64,000 nt of DNA from Ranitomeya imitator (lineage: Eukaryota), in contig NC_091282.1 of the NCBI RefSeq assembly GCF_032444005.1, forward strand, positions 659,432,001 to 659,496,000, read 5' to 3'. Shown here one piece after another: positions 15,201 through 27,500 of the stretch (its first letter is position 1; each line of letters opens with the position of its first letter). The notes under the pieces are model-generated. The model was not told the DNA's origin and made no database searches. It saw only the letters and a list, made by a program, of their open reading frames with translations. The translations under genes were made by a program, and so were the position numbers.

Positions 15201-18200
15201 GCTGTATCTATGACGTGAGTGGGCCCCCCTCTCTCCCCAGGGCCCCGGCATTTGCCCGGTGTGCCGGGTGCTGACGCCGGCCCTGTGTACACCAGTAAAT
15301 ACTTTGCGCCACATAACAATGTCTGAAAGTCAGCAGAGGAGCCCACCCCTGTACCTAAGTATGCCACCATTTTTGTTGTTGGTTTTGTTTTTTTGTGAGA
15401 CATTAACATCTATGTATTATTTTGGAGTACTAACTGTGTCAGACACTCCTTCCAATTGTCCTCCGCAGACCACACCAATGCTGCCTGTGTACCCCTGCAA
15501 GATACGGTAATTGAAACTGCATTGAGCCTACTTTTTTATGTTAGGCCTACTAAGTCTGTCTGCGGTCCCTCCTTCCAATAGTCCTCCGTTGACCACACCA
15601 ATGCTGCCTTTGTACCCCTGCAAGATAATTGAAACTGCATTGAGCCACCTTTTTTTATGTTAGGCCTACTAAGTCTGTCTGAATTCCCTCCTTCCAATAG
15701 TCCTCCACTGACCAAACCAATGCTGCCTGTGTACCCCTGGAACCTATTTAAAAGTGCATAGAGCCTACTTTTTTATTTTAGGCCCACTAAGTCTACTGCG
15801 GTCGCTCCTTCCAATAGTCCTCCACTGACCACACCAATGCTGCCTTTGTACCCCTGCAAGATAATTGAAACTGCATTGAGCCTACTTTTTTTATGTTAGG
15901 CCTACTAAGTCTGTCTACGGTCCCTCCTTCCAATAGTCCTCCACTGACCACACCAATGCTGCCTGTGTACCCCTGCAAGATAATTGAAACTGCATCGAGC
16001 CACCTTTTTTTATGTTAGGCCTACTAAGTCTGTCTGCGGTCCCTCCTTCCAATAGTCCTCCGCTGACCACACCAATGCTGCCTTTGTACCCCTGCAAGAT
16101 AATTGAAACTGCATTGAGCCAACTTTTTTATGTTAGGCCTACTAAGTCTGTCTGCGGTCCCACCTTCCAATAGTCCTCCACTGACCACACCAATGCTGCC
16201 TGTGTACCCCTGGAACCTATTTAAAAGTGCATAGAGTCTACTTTTTTTTATTTTAGGCCTACTAAGTCTGTCTGCGGTCCTTCCTTCCAATAGTCCTCCA
16301 CTGACCACACCAATGCTGCCTTTGTACCCCTGCAAGATAATTGAAACTGCATTGAGCCTACTTTTTTTATTTTAGGCCTACTAAGTCTGTCTGCGGTCCC
16401 TCCTTCCAATAGTCCTCCACTGACCACACCAATGCTGCCTGTGTACCCCTGCAAGATAATTGAAACTGCATAGAGCAACCTTTTTTATGTTAGGCCTACT
16501 AAGTCTGTCTGCGGTCCCTCCTTCCAATTGTCCTCCACTGACCACACCAATGCTGACCGTGTACCCATGTAAACTTGTTTAATTGTTGTTAATATTACAC
16601 TGCATTTGGCCTGCTAGTTGGGTTGGGGCCTACTAACGGTGTCTGCCGCTCCTTGCTGTTCTCCTGGTTTCCTGTCCTGAACTTCCATTTTCAGGCTCTC
16701 GTTAAGTACTTGTTAATATTACACTGCATTTGGCCTGCTAGTTGGGTTGGGGCCTACTAACGGTGTCTGCCGCTCCTTCCTGTTCTCCTGGTTTCCTGTC
16801 CTGAACTTCCATTTTCAGGCTCTCGTTAAGTACTTGTTAATATTACACTGCATTTGGCCTGCAAGTTGGATTGGGGCCTACTAACGGTGTCTGCCGCTCC
16901 TTGCTGTTCTCCTCCACTGAACAAAGCAGTGCCGCCTGTTTAATACTGTTACCAATTTTGAACTGCATTTAGACTACTTACTGATTTGGGCCTACTCACT
17001 GTGTCAGCCTCTCATTACAGTTGTCCTCCACTGAACAAAGCAATGCCGCCTGTTTAGTCCTGTTACCAATTTTGAACTGCTTTTAGCCTACTTTTGTATT
17101 TGGGACTATATTTGTGTTTCCTCCTCATCCTGCCCATTGCCCAGCCAGTGCTAGATGACTCTGCTGGTACATTGACCCAGACCGCTACATTCCCCTTGCA
17201 CGCTACACAGCCAGATTCTGACCCAGCTGAAAGTCAGGTTCCCCTTCCCGCATACCATAACACCTTACACGGGGACAAAGAGGAAGGTGCAGATGAAAGT
17301 GCAGGTTCCTTCATCAGGTGGGGGGCATACTCGTTGGCGACGTCACTGGCACAGGGCCCCTCATAGTACGCAAAAGTGTCGCTGCCGGTGGGAGGCGCCC
17401 CGCTGTGCAAACACACCGCCGTACTTTGAGGGGCCCTGTGCCAGTGCCAATGCGAACGAGTGGGCCCCCCCTGCTTGCTCAGGATCACAGCACTTGCAAA
17501 GTTGAAATACTTACCTCTCCCTGCTCCACTGTCGTGACGTGGTCCACGTTTCCTGGGCCCACTAAATACTTGACCCAGCCATACCCCCCACAACTTTACC
17601 CAAATGACCCCCAATGTCCAATGCCTAACTATTATTATAAGGTAAATTAAGATTGACAAGCTTCAGTACCAAGGATGGATGTTTTTGCCATTAAAATGGG
17701 CACTGAAGGTGTTTTCCTGGCCTCCACTCAATGCCGACTATGCTCTCCCATTGACTTGCATTGGGTTTAGTGTTTCGGTCGATCCCCGACTTTTTGCGAT
17801 AATCGGCCGATTTCACTCGACTCGACTTTTGAGATAGTCGGGTTTCGCGAAACCCGACTCGACCCTAAAAAACTAAAAGTCGCTCAACCCTACTTATGAC
17901 CATGTGATATTTCAGTTTTTCTTTTTTATTAAATTTGCAAAAAAATCTACATTTCTGTTTTTTTTTCCAGTCAAGATAGGGTGCAGAGTGTACATTAATG
18001 TGAAAAAAAAGAACTTTTTTGATTTTACCAAATGGCCGCAATGAAACAAAGAGTGAAAAATGTAAAGGGGTCTGAATACTTTCCAAACCCACTGTATCTG
18101 TCTATCTATCTATCTATCTATCTATTACCGATCTATTATCAATCTATCTATCTTTTATATACAGTATAGACCAAAAGTTTGGACACACCTTCTAATTTAA

Positions 18201-21200
18201 AGATTTTTCTGTATTTTCATGACTATGAAAATTGTACATTCACACTGAAGGCATCAAAACTATGAATTCACACATGTGGAATTATATACTTAAAAAAGTG
18301 TGAAACAACTGAAAATATGTCTTATATTCTAGGTTCTTCAAAGTAGCCACCTTTTGTTTTGCTGACTGCTTTGCACACTCTTGGCATTCTCTTGATGAGC
18401 TTCAAGAGGTAGTCACCGGAAATGGTCTTCCAACAATCTTGAAGGAGTTTCCAGAGATGCTTAGCACTTGTTGGCCCTTTTTGCCTTCACTCTGCGGTCC
18501 AGCTCACCCCAAACCATCTCGATTGGGTTCAGGTATGGTGACTGTGGAGGCCAGGTCATCTGGCGTAGCACCCCATGACTCTCCTTCTTGGTCAAATAGC
18601 CCTTACACAGCCTAGAGGTGTGTTTGGGGGCATTGTCCTGTTGAAAAATAAATGATGGTCCAACTAAACGCAAACCGGATGGAATGGCATGCCCTGCAAG
18701 ATGCTGTGGTAGCCATGCTGGTTCAGTATGCCTTCTATTTTGAATACATCCCCAACAGTGTCACCAGCAAAGTACCCCCACACCATCACACCTCCTCCTC
18801 CATGCTTCACGGTGGGAACCAGGCATGTAGAGTCCATCCGTTCACCTTTTCTGCGTCGCACAAAGACACGGTGGTTGGAACCAAAGATCTCAAATTTGGA
18901 CTCATCAGACCAAAGCACAGATTTCCACTGGTCTAATGTCCATTCCTTGTGTTCTTTAGCACAAACATGTCTCTTCTGCTTGTTGCCTGTCCTTAGCAGT
19001 GGTTTCCTAGCAGCTATTTTACTATGAAGGCTTGCTGCACAAAGTCTCCTCTTTACAGTTGTTGTAGAGATGTGTCTGCTGCTAGAACTCTGTGTGGCAT
19101 TGACCTGGTCTCTAATCTGAGCTGCTGTTAACCTGCGATTTCTGAGGCTGGTGACTCGGATAAACTTATCAAATATGTAAATCCTTATCCTCAGAAGCAG
19201 AGGTGACTTTTGGTCTTCCTTTCCTGGGTCGGTCCTCATGTGAGCCAGTTTCTTTGTAGCGCTGGATGGTTTTTGCCACTGCACTTAGGGACACTTTCAA
19301 AGTTTGCCCAATTTTTCGGACTGACTGACCTTCATTTCTTAAAGTAATGATGGCCACTCGTTTTTCTTTACTTAGCTGCTTTTTTCTTGCCATAATACAA
19401 ATTCTAACAGTCTATTCAGTAGGACTATCAGCTGTGTATCCACCAGACTTCTGCACAACACAACTGATGGTCCCAACCCCATTTATAAGGCAAGAAATCC
19501 CACTTATTAAACCTGACAGGGCACAACTGTGAAGTGAAAACCATTCCCAGTGACTACCTCTTGATGAAGCTCATCAAGAGAATGCCAAGAGTGTGCAAAG
19601 CAGTCAGCAAAGCAAAAGGTGGGTACTTTGAAGAACCTAGAATATAAGACATTTTCAGTTGTTTCACACTTTTTTGTTAAGTATATAATTCCACATGTGT
19701 TAATTCATAGTTTTGATGCCTTCAGTGTGAATGTACAATTTTCATAGTCATGAAAATACAGAAAAATCTTTAAATGAGAAGGTGTGTCCAAACTTTTGGT
19801 CTGTACTGTATATATACAGTGCCTTTCGAAAGTATTTGGCTCCCTGGAACTTTTCAACCTTTTCCCACATATCATGCTTCAAACATAAAGATACCAAATG
19901 TAAATTTTTGGTGAAGAATCAACAACAAGTGGAACACAATTGTGAAGTTGAACGAAATTTATTTATTGGCCATTTTAAATTTTTGTGGAAATTCAAAAAC
20001 TGAGAAGTGGGGCGTGCAATATTATTTGGCCCCTTTAACTTAATACTTTGTTGCGCCACCTTTTGCTGCGATTACAGCTACAAGTCACTTGGGGTATGTC
20101 TCTATCAGATTTGTACATCGAGAGACTGAAATTCTTGCCCATTCTTCCTTGACAAACAGCTTGAGCTCAGTGAGGTTTGATGGAGATTGTTTGTGAACAG
20201 CAGTTTTCAGCTCTTTCCACAGATTCTCGATTGGATTGAGGTCTGGACTTTGACTTGGCCATTCTAACACCTGGATACGTTTATCTGTGAACCATTCCAT
20301 TGTAGATTTTGCTTTATGTTTGGGATCATTGTCTTGTTGGAAGACAAATCTCCGTCCCAGTCTCAGGTCTTTTGCAGACTCCAACAGGTTTTATTCAAAA
20401 ATGATCCAGTATTTGGCTCCATCCATCTTCCCATCAATCAACCATCTTCCCTGTCCCTGCTGAAGAAAAGGAGGCCCAAACCATGTTGCTGCCACCATCA
20501 TGTTTGACAGTGGGGATGATGTGTTCAGGGTGATAAGCTGTGTTGCCTTCACGCCAAACATATCATTTCGCATTGTTGCCAAAAAGTTCGATTTTGGTTT
20601 CATCTGACCCGAGCACCTTCTTCCACATGTTTGGTGTGTCTTCCAGGTGGCTTGTTGCAAACTTTAAGTGGCACTTTTTATGGATATCTTTGAGAAATGG
20701 CCTTCTCCTTGCCACTTTTCCATAAAGGCCAGATTTGTGCAGTGTATGACTGATTGTTGTCCTATGGACAAACTGTCCCACCTCAGCTGTAGATCTCTGC
20801 AGTTCATCCAGTGTGATCATGGGCCTCTTGGCTGCATCTCTGATCAGTCTTCTCCTTGCTTGAGATGAAAGTTTAGAGGGACGGCCGGGTCTTGGTAGAT
20901 TTGCAGTGGTATGATACTCCTTCCATTTCAATATGATCGCTTGCACAGTGCTCCTTGGGATGTTTAAAGTTTTGGAAATCATTTTGTAGCCAAATCCGGC
21001 TTTAAACTTCTCCACAACAGTATCACGGGCCTGCCTGTTGTGTTCCTTGGTCTTCATGATGCCCTCTGGGCATCAAACAGAACCCTGAGACTATCACAGA
21101 GCAGGTGCATTTATATGGAGACTTGATTACACACAGGTGGATTATATTTATCATCATTAGGCATTTAGGACAACATTGGATCATTCAGAGATCCACAATG

Positions 21201-21434
21201 AACTTCTGGAGTGAGTTTGCTGCACTGAAAGTAAAGGGGCCGAATAACATTGCACGCCCCACTTTTCAGTTTTGGAATTTCCACAAAAATTTAAAATAAC
21301 CAAAAAATTTCGTTCAACTTCACAATTGTGTTCCACATGTGTACCATATTTACATTTGGTATCTTTATGATTGAAGCATGATATGTGGGAAAAGGTTGAA
21401 AAGTTCCAGGGAGCCGAATACTTTCGCGAGGCAC

Positions 21435-21501
<67 letters not shown>

Positions 21502-24500
21502 TGAAAAATATTTCCTTGGAAAACGATGTGTAACTGACAGAGAATTACTCTATGTAACATCTCACGTTAAGATCGCATTGCATTCGGATGTAAATTGGAT
21601 TGTACTCGCATAATAAAAACGCATTACACTCGTCCGCTTATTGTTACTCTTGCCATACTAATACTCCAATCACACCCAGAGTTGCACTATATCTAATACT
21701 CCAGTAACATCCAGAGCTGCATAATATATAATACTCCAGTCACCCACAGAGCTACACTATATCTAATACTGCAGTCGGAGGTGGATGAGGGACAGCGACG
21801 CTCTGCAGGTCTCCCCAGGTGTAATCATATGCAGGATTTATCACTGTCCTCCCATGTCAGGTGTTCTGGGAGGACGGGATCATTTCTGGGTACCGGCACC
21901 CGAAGAGTTCTGCTTTAGACTGTCTGCTGAGCTCGTTCCAGATGACCAACGAGACCATCAATATCTGGACCCACTTCTTGCCGACATGGTGAGTAACCCT
22001 GTGTTATACTGACTACTGAGCCCTGTATCTAATCCTGTGTGATACTGGCTGCTGAGCAGTGTATCTAATCCTGTGTGATACTGGCTGCTGAGTGCTGTAT
22101 CTAATCCTTTGTAATACTGTTTGCTGAGCCCTGTATCTAATCCTGTGTGATACTGCCTGCTGAGCCGTGTATCTAATCCTATGTGATACTGACTGCTGAG
22201 CCATGTATCTAATCCTGTGTGATACTGGCTGCTGAGCTCTGTATCTAATCCTGTGTGATACTGGCTGCTGAGTGCTGTATCTAATCCTTTGTAATACTGT
22301 TTGCTGAGCCCTGTATCTAATCCTGTGTGATACTGCCTGCTGAGCCGTGTATCTAATCCTATGTGATACTGACTGCTGAGCCATGTATCTTATCCTGTGT
22401 GATACTGGCTGCTGAGCTCTCTATCAAATCCTGTGTGATACTGGCTGCTGAGCCGTGTATCTAATCCTGTGTGATACTGGTTGCTGAGCCGTGTATCTAA
22501 TCCTGTGTGATGCTGTCTGCTGAGCTGCATTTCTAATCCTGTGTGATACAGTCTGCTGAGTCCTGTATCTAATTCTGAGTGATACTGGCTGCTGAGCCGT
22601 GTATCCAATCCTGTGTGATACTGGCTGCTGGGCCCTGTATCTAATCCTGAGATCCTGAGTGATGCTGGCTGCTGATCCCTGTATCTAATCCTGTGTGATA
22701 CTGGCTGCTGAGCTGTGTATCTAATCCTGTGTGATACCGGCTGCTGAGCCGTGTATCTAATCCTGTGTGACACTGGCTGCTGAGCCGTGGATTTAATCAT
22801 GTGTGATACTGGCTGTTGAGCTCTGTATCTAATCCTGTGTGATACTGGCTGCTGAGCCCTGTATCTAATCCTGCGTGATACTGGCTGCTGAGCTGTGTAT
22901 CTAATCCTGTGTGATACTGGCTGCTGAGCCGTGTATCTAATGTTCTGTGATACTGGATGCTGAGCCCTGTATCTAATTCTGTTTGATACTGGCTGCTGAC
23001 CCCTGTATCTAATCCTGTGTGATGCTGGCTGTTGAGTTCTGTATCTTATCCTGTGTGATACTGTCTGCTGAGCCCTGTATCCAGTCCTGTGTGATACTGG
23101 CTGCTGAGCCCTGTATCTTATCCTGTGTGATACTGGCTGCTGAGCCGTGTATCTAATCCTCTGTGATACTGGCTGCTGAGCCCTGTATCTAATCCTGTGT
23201 AATACTGGCTGCTGAGCCCTGTATCTAATCCTGTGTGATACTGGCTGCTGAGCCCTGTATCTAATCCTGTGTGATACTGGCTGCTGAGCCCGGCATCTAA
23301 TCCTGTGTGATATTGGCTGCTGAGCCGTGTATCTAATCCTGTGTGATACTGGCTGCTGAGCCATGTATCTAATCCTTTGTGATACTTGCTGTTGAGCTCT
23401 GTATCTAATCCTGTGTGATACTGGCTGCTGAACCCTGTATCTAATCCTGCCTGACACTGGGTGCTGAGCCCTGTATCTAATCCTGTCTGACACTGGGTGC
23501 TGAGCCCTGTATCTAATCCTGTGTGATACTGGCTGCTGAGCCCTGCATCTAATCCTGTGTGATACTGTCTGCTGAGCCGTGTATCTAATCCTATCCTGTG
23601 TGATACTGTCTGCTGAGCCGTGTATCTAATCCTATCCTGTGTGATACTGTCTGCTGAGCCGTGTATCTAATCCTATCCTGTGTGATACTGTCTGCTGAGC
23701 CGTGTATCTAATCCTATCCTGTGTGATACTGTCTGCTGAGCCGTGTATCTAATCCTATCCTGTGTGATACTGTCTGCTGAGCCGTGTATCTAATCCTATC
23801 CTGTGTGATACTGTCTGCTGAGCCGTGTATCTAATCCTATCCTGTGTGATACTGTCTGCTGAGCCGTGTATCTAATCCTATCCTGTGTGATACTGTCTGC
23901 TGAGCTGTGTATCTAATCCTATCCTGTGTGATACTGTCTGCTGAGCCGTGTATCTAATCCTATCCTGTGTGATACTGTCTGCTGAGCTGTGTATCTAATC
24001 CTATCCTGTGTGATACTGTCTGCTGAGCCGTGTATCTAATCCTATCCTGTGTGATACTGTCTGCTGAGCCGTGTATCTAATCCTATCCTGTGTGATACTG
24101 TCTGCTGAGCTGTGTATCTAATCCTATCCTGTGTGATACTGTCTGCTGAGCCGTGTATCTAATCCTATCCTGTGTGATACTGTCTGCTGAGCCGTGTATC
24201 TAATCCTATCCTGTGTGATACTGTCTGCTGAGCCGTGTATCTAATCCTATCCTGTGTGATACTGTCTGCTGAGCTGTGTATCTAATCCTATCCTGTGTGA
24301 TACTGTCTGCTGAGCCGTGTATCTAATCCTATCCTGTGTGATACTGTCTGCTGAGCCGTGTATCTAATCCTATCCTGTGTGATACTGTCTGCTGAGCTGT
24401 GTATCTAATCCTATCCTGTGTGATACTGTCTGCTGAGCCGTGTATCTAATCCTATCCTGTGTGATACTGTCTGCTGAGCTGTGTATCTAATCCTATCCTG

Positions 24501-27500
24501 TGTGATACTGTCTGCTGAGCCGTGTATCTAATCCTATCCTGTGTGATACTGTCTGCTGAGCCGTGTATCTAATCCTATCCTGTGTGATACTGTCTGCTGA
24601 GCTGTGTATCTAATCCTATCCTGTGTGATACTGTCTGCTGAGCCGTGTATCTAATCCTATCCTGTGTGATACTGTCTGCTGAGCCGTGTATCTAATCCTA
24701 TCCTGTGTGATACTGTCTGCTAAGCCGTGTATCTAATCCTATCCTGTGTGATATTGACTGCTAAGCTGTGTATTTAACCCTGTGTGATACTGGTGGCTGA
24801 GCTGTATCTAATCTCAGCAGTGTAGTACTCAGTAGCCTCTCCTCTCTCCGCAGGTATTTCCTCTGGAGGTTTCTGCTTCTCTCTCACTCTCTGGACTTTT
24901 GGGGGGAGCCGTACAACTGGCCACTCCTGGTATACATGCTGCTCGTCTGTCTCTACCCCTTCACCTCCAGTGTGGCGCACACATTCAGCAGCATGTCCGC
25001 CCGCGCACGCCACATCTGCTATTTCCTGGACTATGGAGCCCTGAGCCTCTACAGCCTGGGTATATTCTATATTGTATCTATATACTGTGTATCCTATGTG
25101 TACTGTGCTGTACCTCTACATAATGAGTGTACAGTGGATACGGAAAGTATTCAGTTTACATTTTTCACTTTTTGTTTCATTGCAGCCATTTGGTAAATTC
25201 AAAAAAGTTCATTTTTTCCTCATTAATGTACACTCTGCACCCCATCTTGACTGAAAAAAAAATACAGAAATGTAGAAATCTTTGCAAATTTATTAAGAAA
25301 GAAAACCTGAAATATCACATGGTCATAAGTATTCAAGATCCTTTGCTCAATATTGAGTAGAAGCACCCTTTGAGCTAGTACAGCCAAGGCCACCATAAGG
25401 GCATTACTACCCTTACTGCTGTGTGGGGCCCGGTGAGCAGCAGTACAGAAGGGGGCCTGCAGGTCCATGGCCCCGCTCCTGTGTTTCTACTCATAGTGGC
25501 CCCAAGTGGTGGCAGTCCTGCGGCTCACACATCAGCGCACACGCCTTGGCCGAGAGCTGTTCACGACCGTCTAACCTTGACAGCTGCGCATCTTCTGCTC
25601 CCTCCATGTTCTTTGTACTTCCTGGTCCGGTGTTGCGCGTGTGCGATGATGTCATCGCGCATGCACCGACATGTACAGGACGCTGGAAGCAGAGCTGCGC
25701 TGCTGGGGAGCGACTGTGAGGTAAGTATGAAAAACTTTTTTGTTTTCTTAGAAAATGAATTCAGTGGGTGAGGGGGTGAGTGTGACTGTAAGTGATGAAG
25801 CAGGGATTGTAAGGGGGACTGCACATGATGGAGTTTGGGGGTTAAAGGAGACTGCACGTGAGGAAGTGGGGGGAGTGGGGCTATACATGATGGAGTGGGG
25901 TTACACATTATGAAGTAAGGGGAACTGCAGTGCACATGATAAAGAGGGAGTGGGGCAGCACATGAAGTGGGGGTAAGGGGGACTTGCACATGATGAAGTG
26001 GGAGGAGAGGGGGCTGCAAATTATGAAATGGGGTAAGGGGGACTGCACATGATAAAGTGGTGGGAGAGGGGGCTGCACAGGATGAAATGGGGGTAAGGGA
26101 GACTGCACATGATAAAGGGGGTAAGGAGGACTGCACATGATGAAGTTGGGGAAGGGGACTGCACATGATGAAGTGTGTCTGAGGGGAGACTGCACATGAT
26201 GAAATGAAAGGGGAATAGAGGACTGCAAATAATAAAGGGGAGGGGACGGGGACTGCAAATGATTAATTCAGTGTGAGGGACGGGGGACATCAATTTAATT
26301 GAAGGTGGGGGTGGGGAGGGCAAATGATCTAGGGGAAGAACAAATAATGAGTTTTGAGGGTGGGGGAGTAAATGATGCACTGAATGTGGGGTAGAGCAGT
26401 TGATAACTAATAGAGGGTGGAGGAGAGAAGACATGACAATGAATTGGGATGGGAGGGGCATGTAAATATAATGAATCAGGGTTAGGGTTAGAGCAGGAGG
26501 TACATTTATATATTGATTTGGGGTACCCCTCTGTATTCAGATGTGTATTGTAGAAGACAAGGAAAAAGTGGGAAATGTGCTCTGGAAGCCGTGCTCTAGG
26601 TAACTGTTATTTTATGCAGAGACGAGTCCTGGCTGGAAGAAATGATGGCGGTCCGTGCTTGATGAAAAGGAAATGCAAAGATGAAGGACTTCAGCTAGAG
26701 ACGTCACTGGTGAGTCAGTGTGTTACCTGTACACTGACACTGTACACTGTGTACTATATACAGAGCTCCTGTGTATAATGTCACTGGTGATCACTGTATT
26801 ATATGTACATTGACTTTATATACAGAGGTCCTGTGTATGTCACTGGTGATCACTGTATTACCTGTACACTGACGCTATATACAGAACTCCTTGAGTATAG
26901 CCATGAGTCTTCTTGGGAATGATGCAACAAGTTTTTCACACCTGGATTTGGGGATCCTCTGCCTTTCTTCCTTGCAGATCCCCTCCAGTTCCGTCAGGTT
27001 GGATGGTGAATGTTGGTGGACAGCCATTTTCAGGACTCTCCAGAGATGCTCAAGTGGGATTAGGTAAGGGCTCTGGCTGGGCCAGTCAAGAATGGTCACA
27101 GAGTTGTTCTGAAGCCACTCCTTTGTTATTTTAGCTGTGTGCTTAGGGTCATTGTTTTGTTGGAAGGTGAACCTTCGGCCAAGTCTGAGGTCCAGAGCAC
27201 TCTGGAAGAGGTTTTCATCCAGGATATCTCTGTACTTGGCCGCATTCAGGTTTCCTTCAATGGCAACCAGTCGTCCTGTTCCTGCAGCTGAAAAACACCC
27301 CCATAGCATAATGCTGCCACCACCATGTTTCACTGTTGGGATTGTTTTGGGCAGGTGATGAGCAGTGCCTGGTTTTCTCCACACAAACCGCTTAGAATTA
27401 TCATTAAAAAGGTCTATCTTCGTCTCATCAGACCAGAGAATCTTATTTCTCATAGTCTGGGAGTCCTTCATGTGGTTTTTAGCAAACTCTATGCGGGGTT

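Larger units (their letters stand above)
8501..17892 (+). mobile_element. Full-length hAT DNA transposon (9392 bp including nested insertions)
   Basis: 13-bp TIR TAGGGTTGAGCGA / TCGCTCAACCCTA; perfect 8-bp TSD CTTATGAC (8493-8500 and 17893-17900); subterminal CGACT-type motifs; internal transposase. Confidence 0.95.
7068..18094 (-). mobile_element. Tc1 element split by a 9.4-kb hAT insertion
   Basis: Left TIR CAGTGGGTACGGAAAGTATTCAGACCCC at 7068, right TIR ending CCCACTG|TA at 18094. Transposase remnant about 8308 to 7281 on the minus strand; the sequence resumes exactly after the hAT TSD at 17900. Confidence 0.9.
2801..21640. mobile_element. Probable non-autonomous host element containing a TATC/TA microsatellite, fragmented by nested Tc1 insertions
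   Basis: Starts TAA|GGCGCGGATCACACT (PIF/Harbinger-MITE-like end). Short pieces continue between the Tc1 copies (2801-3120, 5150-5450, 7048-7067, 18095-18161, 21437-21640). The right terminus is not clearly recognisable. Confidence 0.4.

Noticed and set aside
17507-17516. ATACTTACCT, identical to the U1 snRNA 5' end
   Set aside because: No further U1 sequence or Sm site follows; it is simply the reverse complement of a consensus splice donor.
22013-23493. Long ORFs with periodic peptides ([12 protein letters not shown])
   Set aside because: Translations of a 36-bp intronic minisatellite lacking stops in one frame; no splice or homology support.
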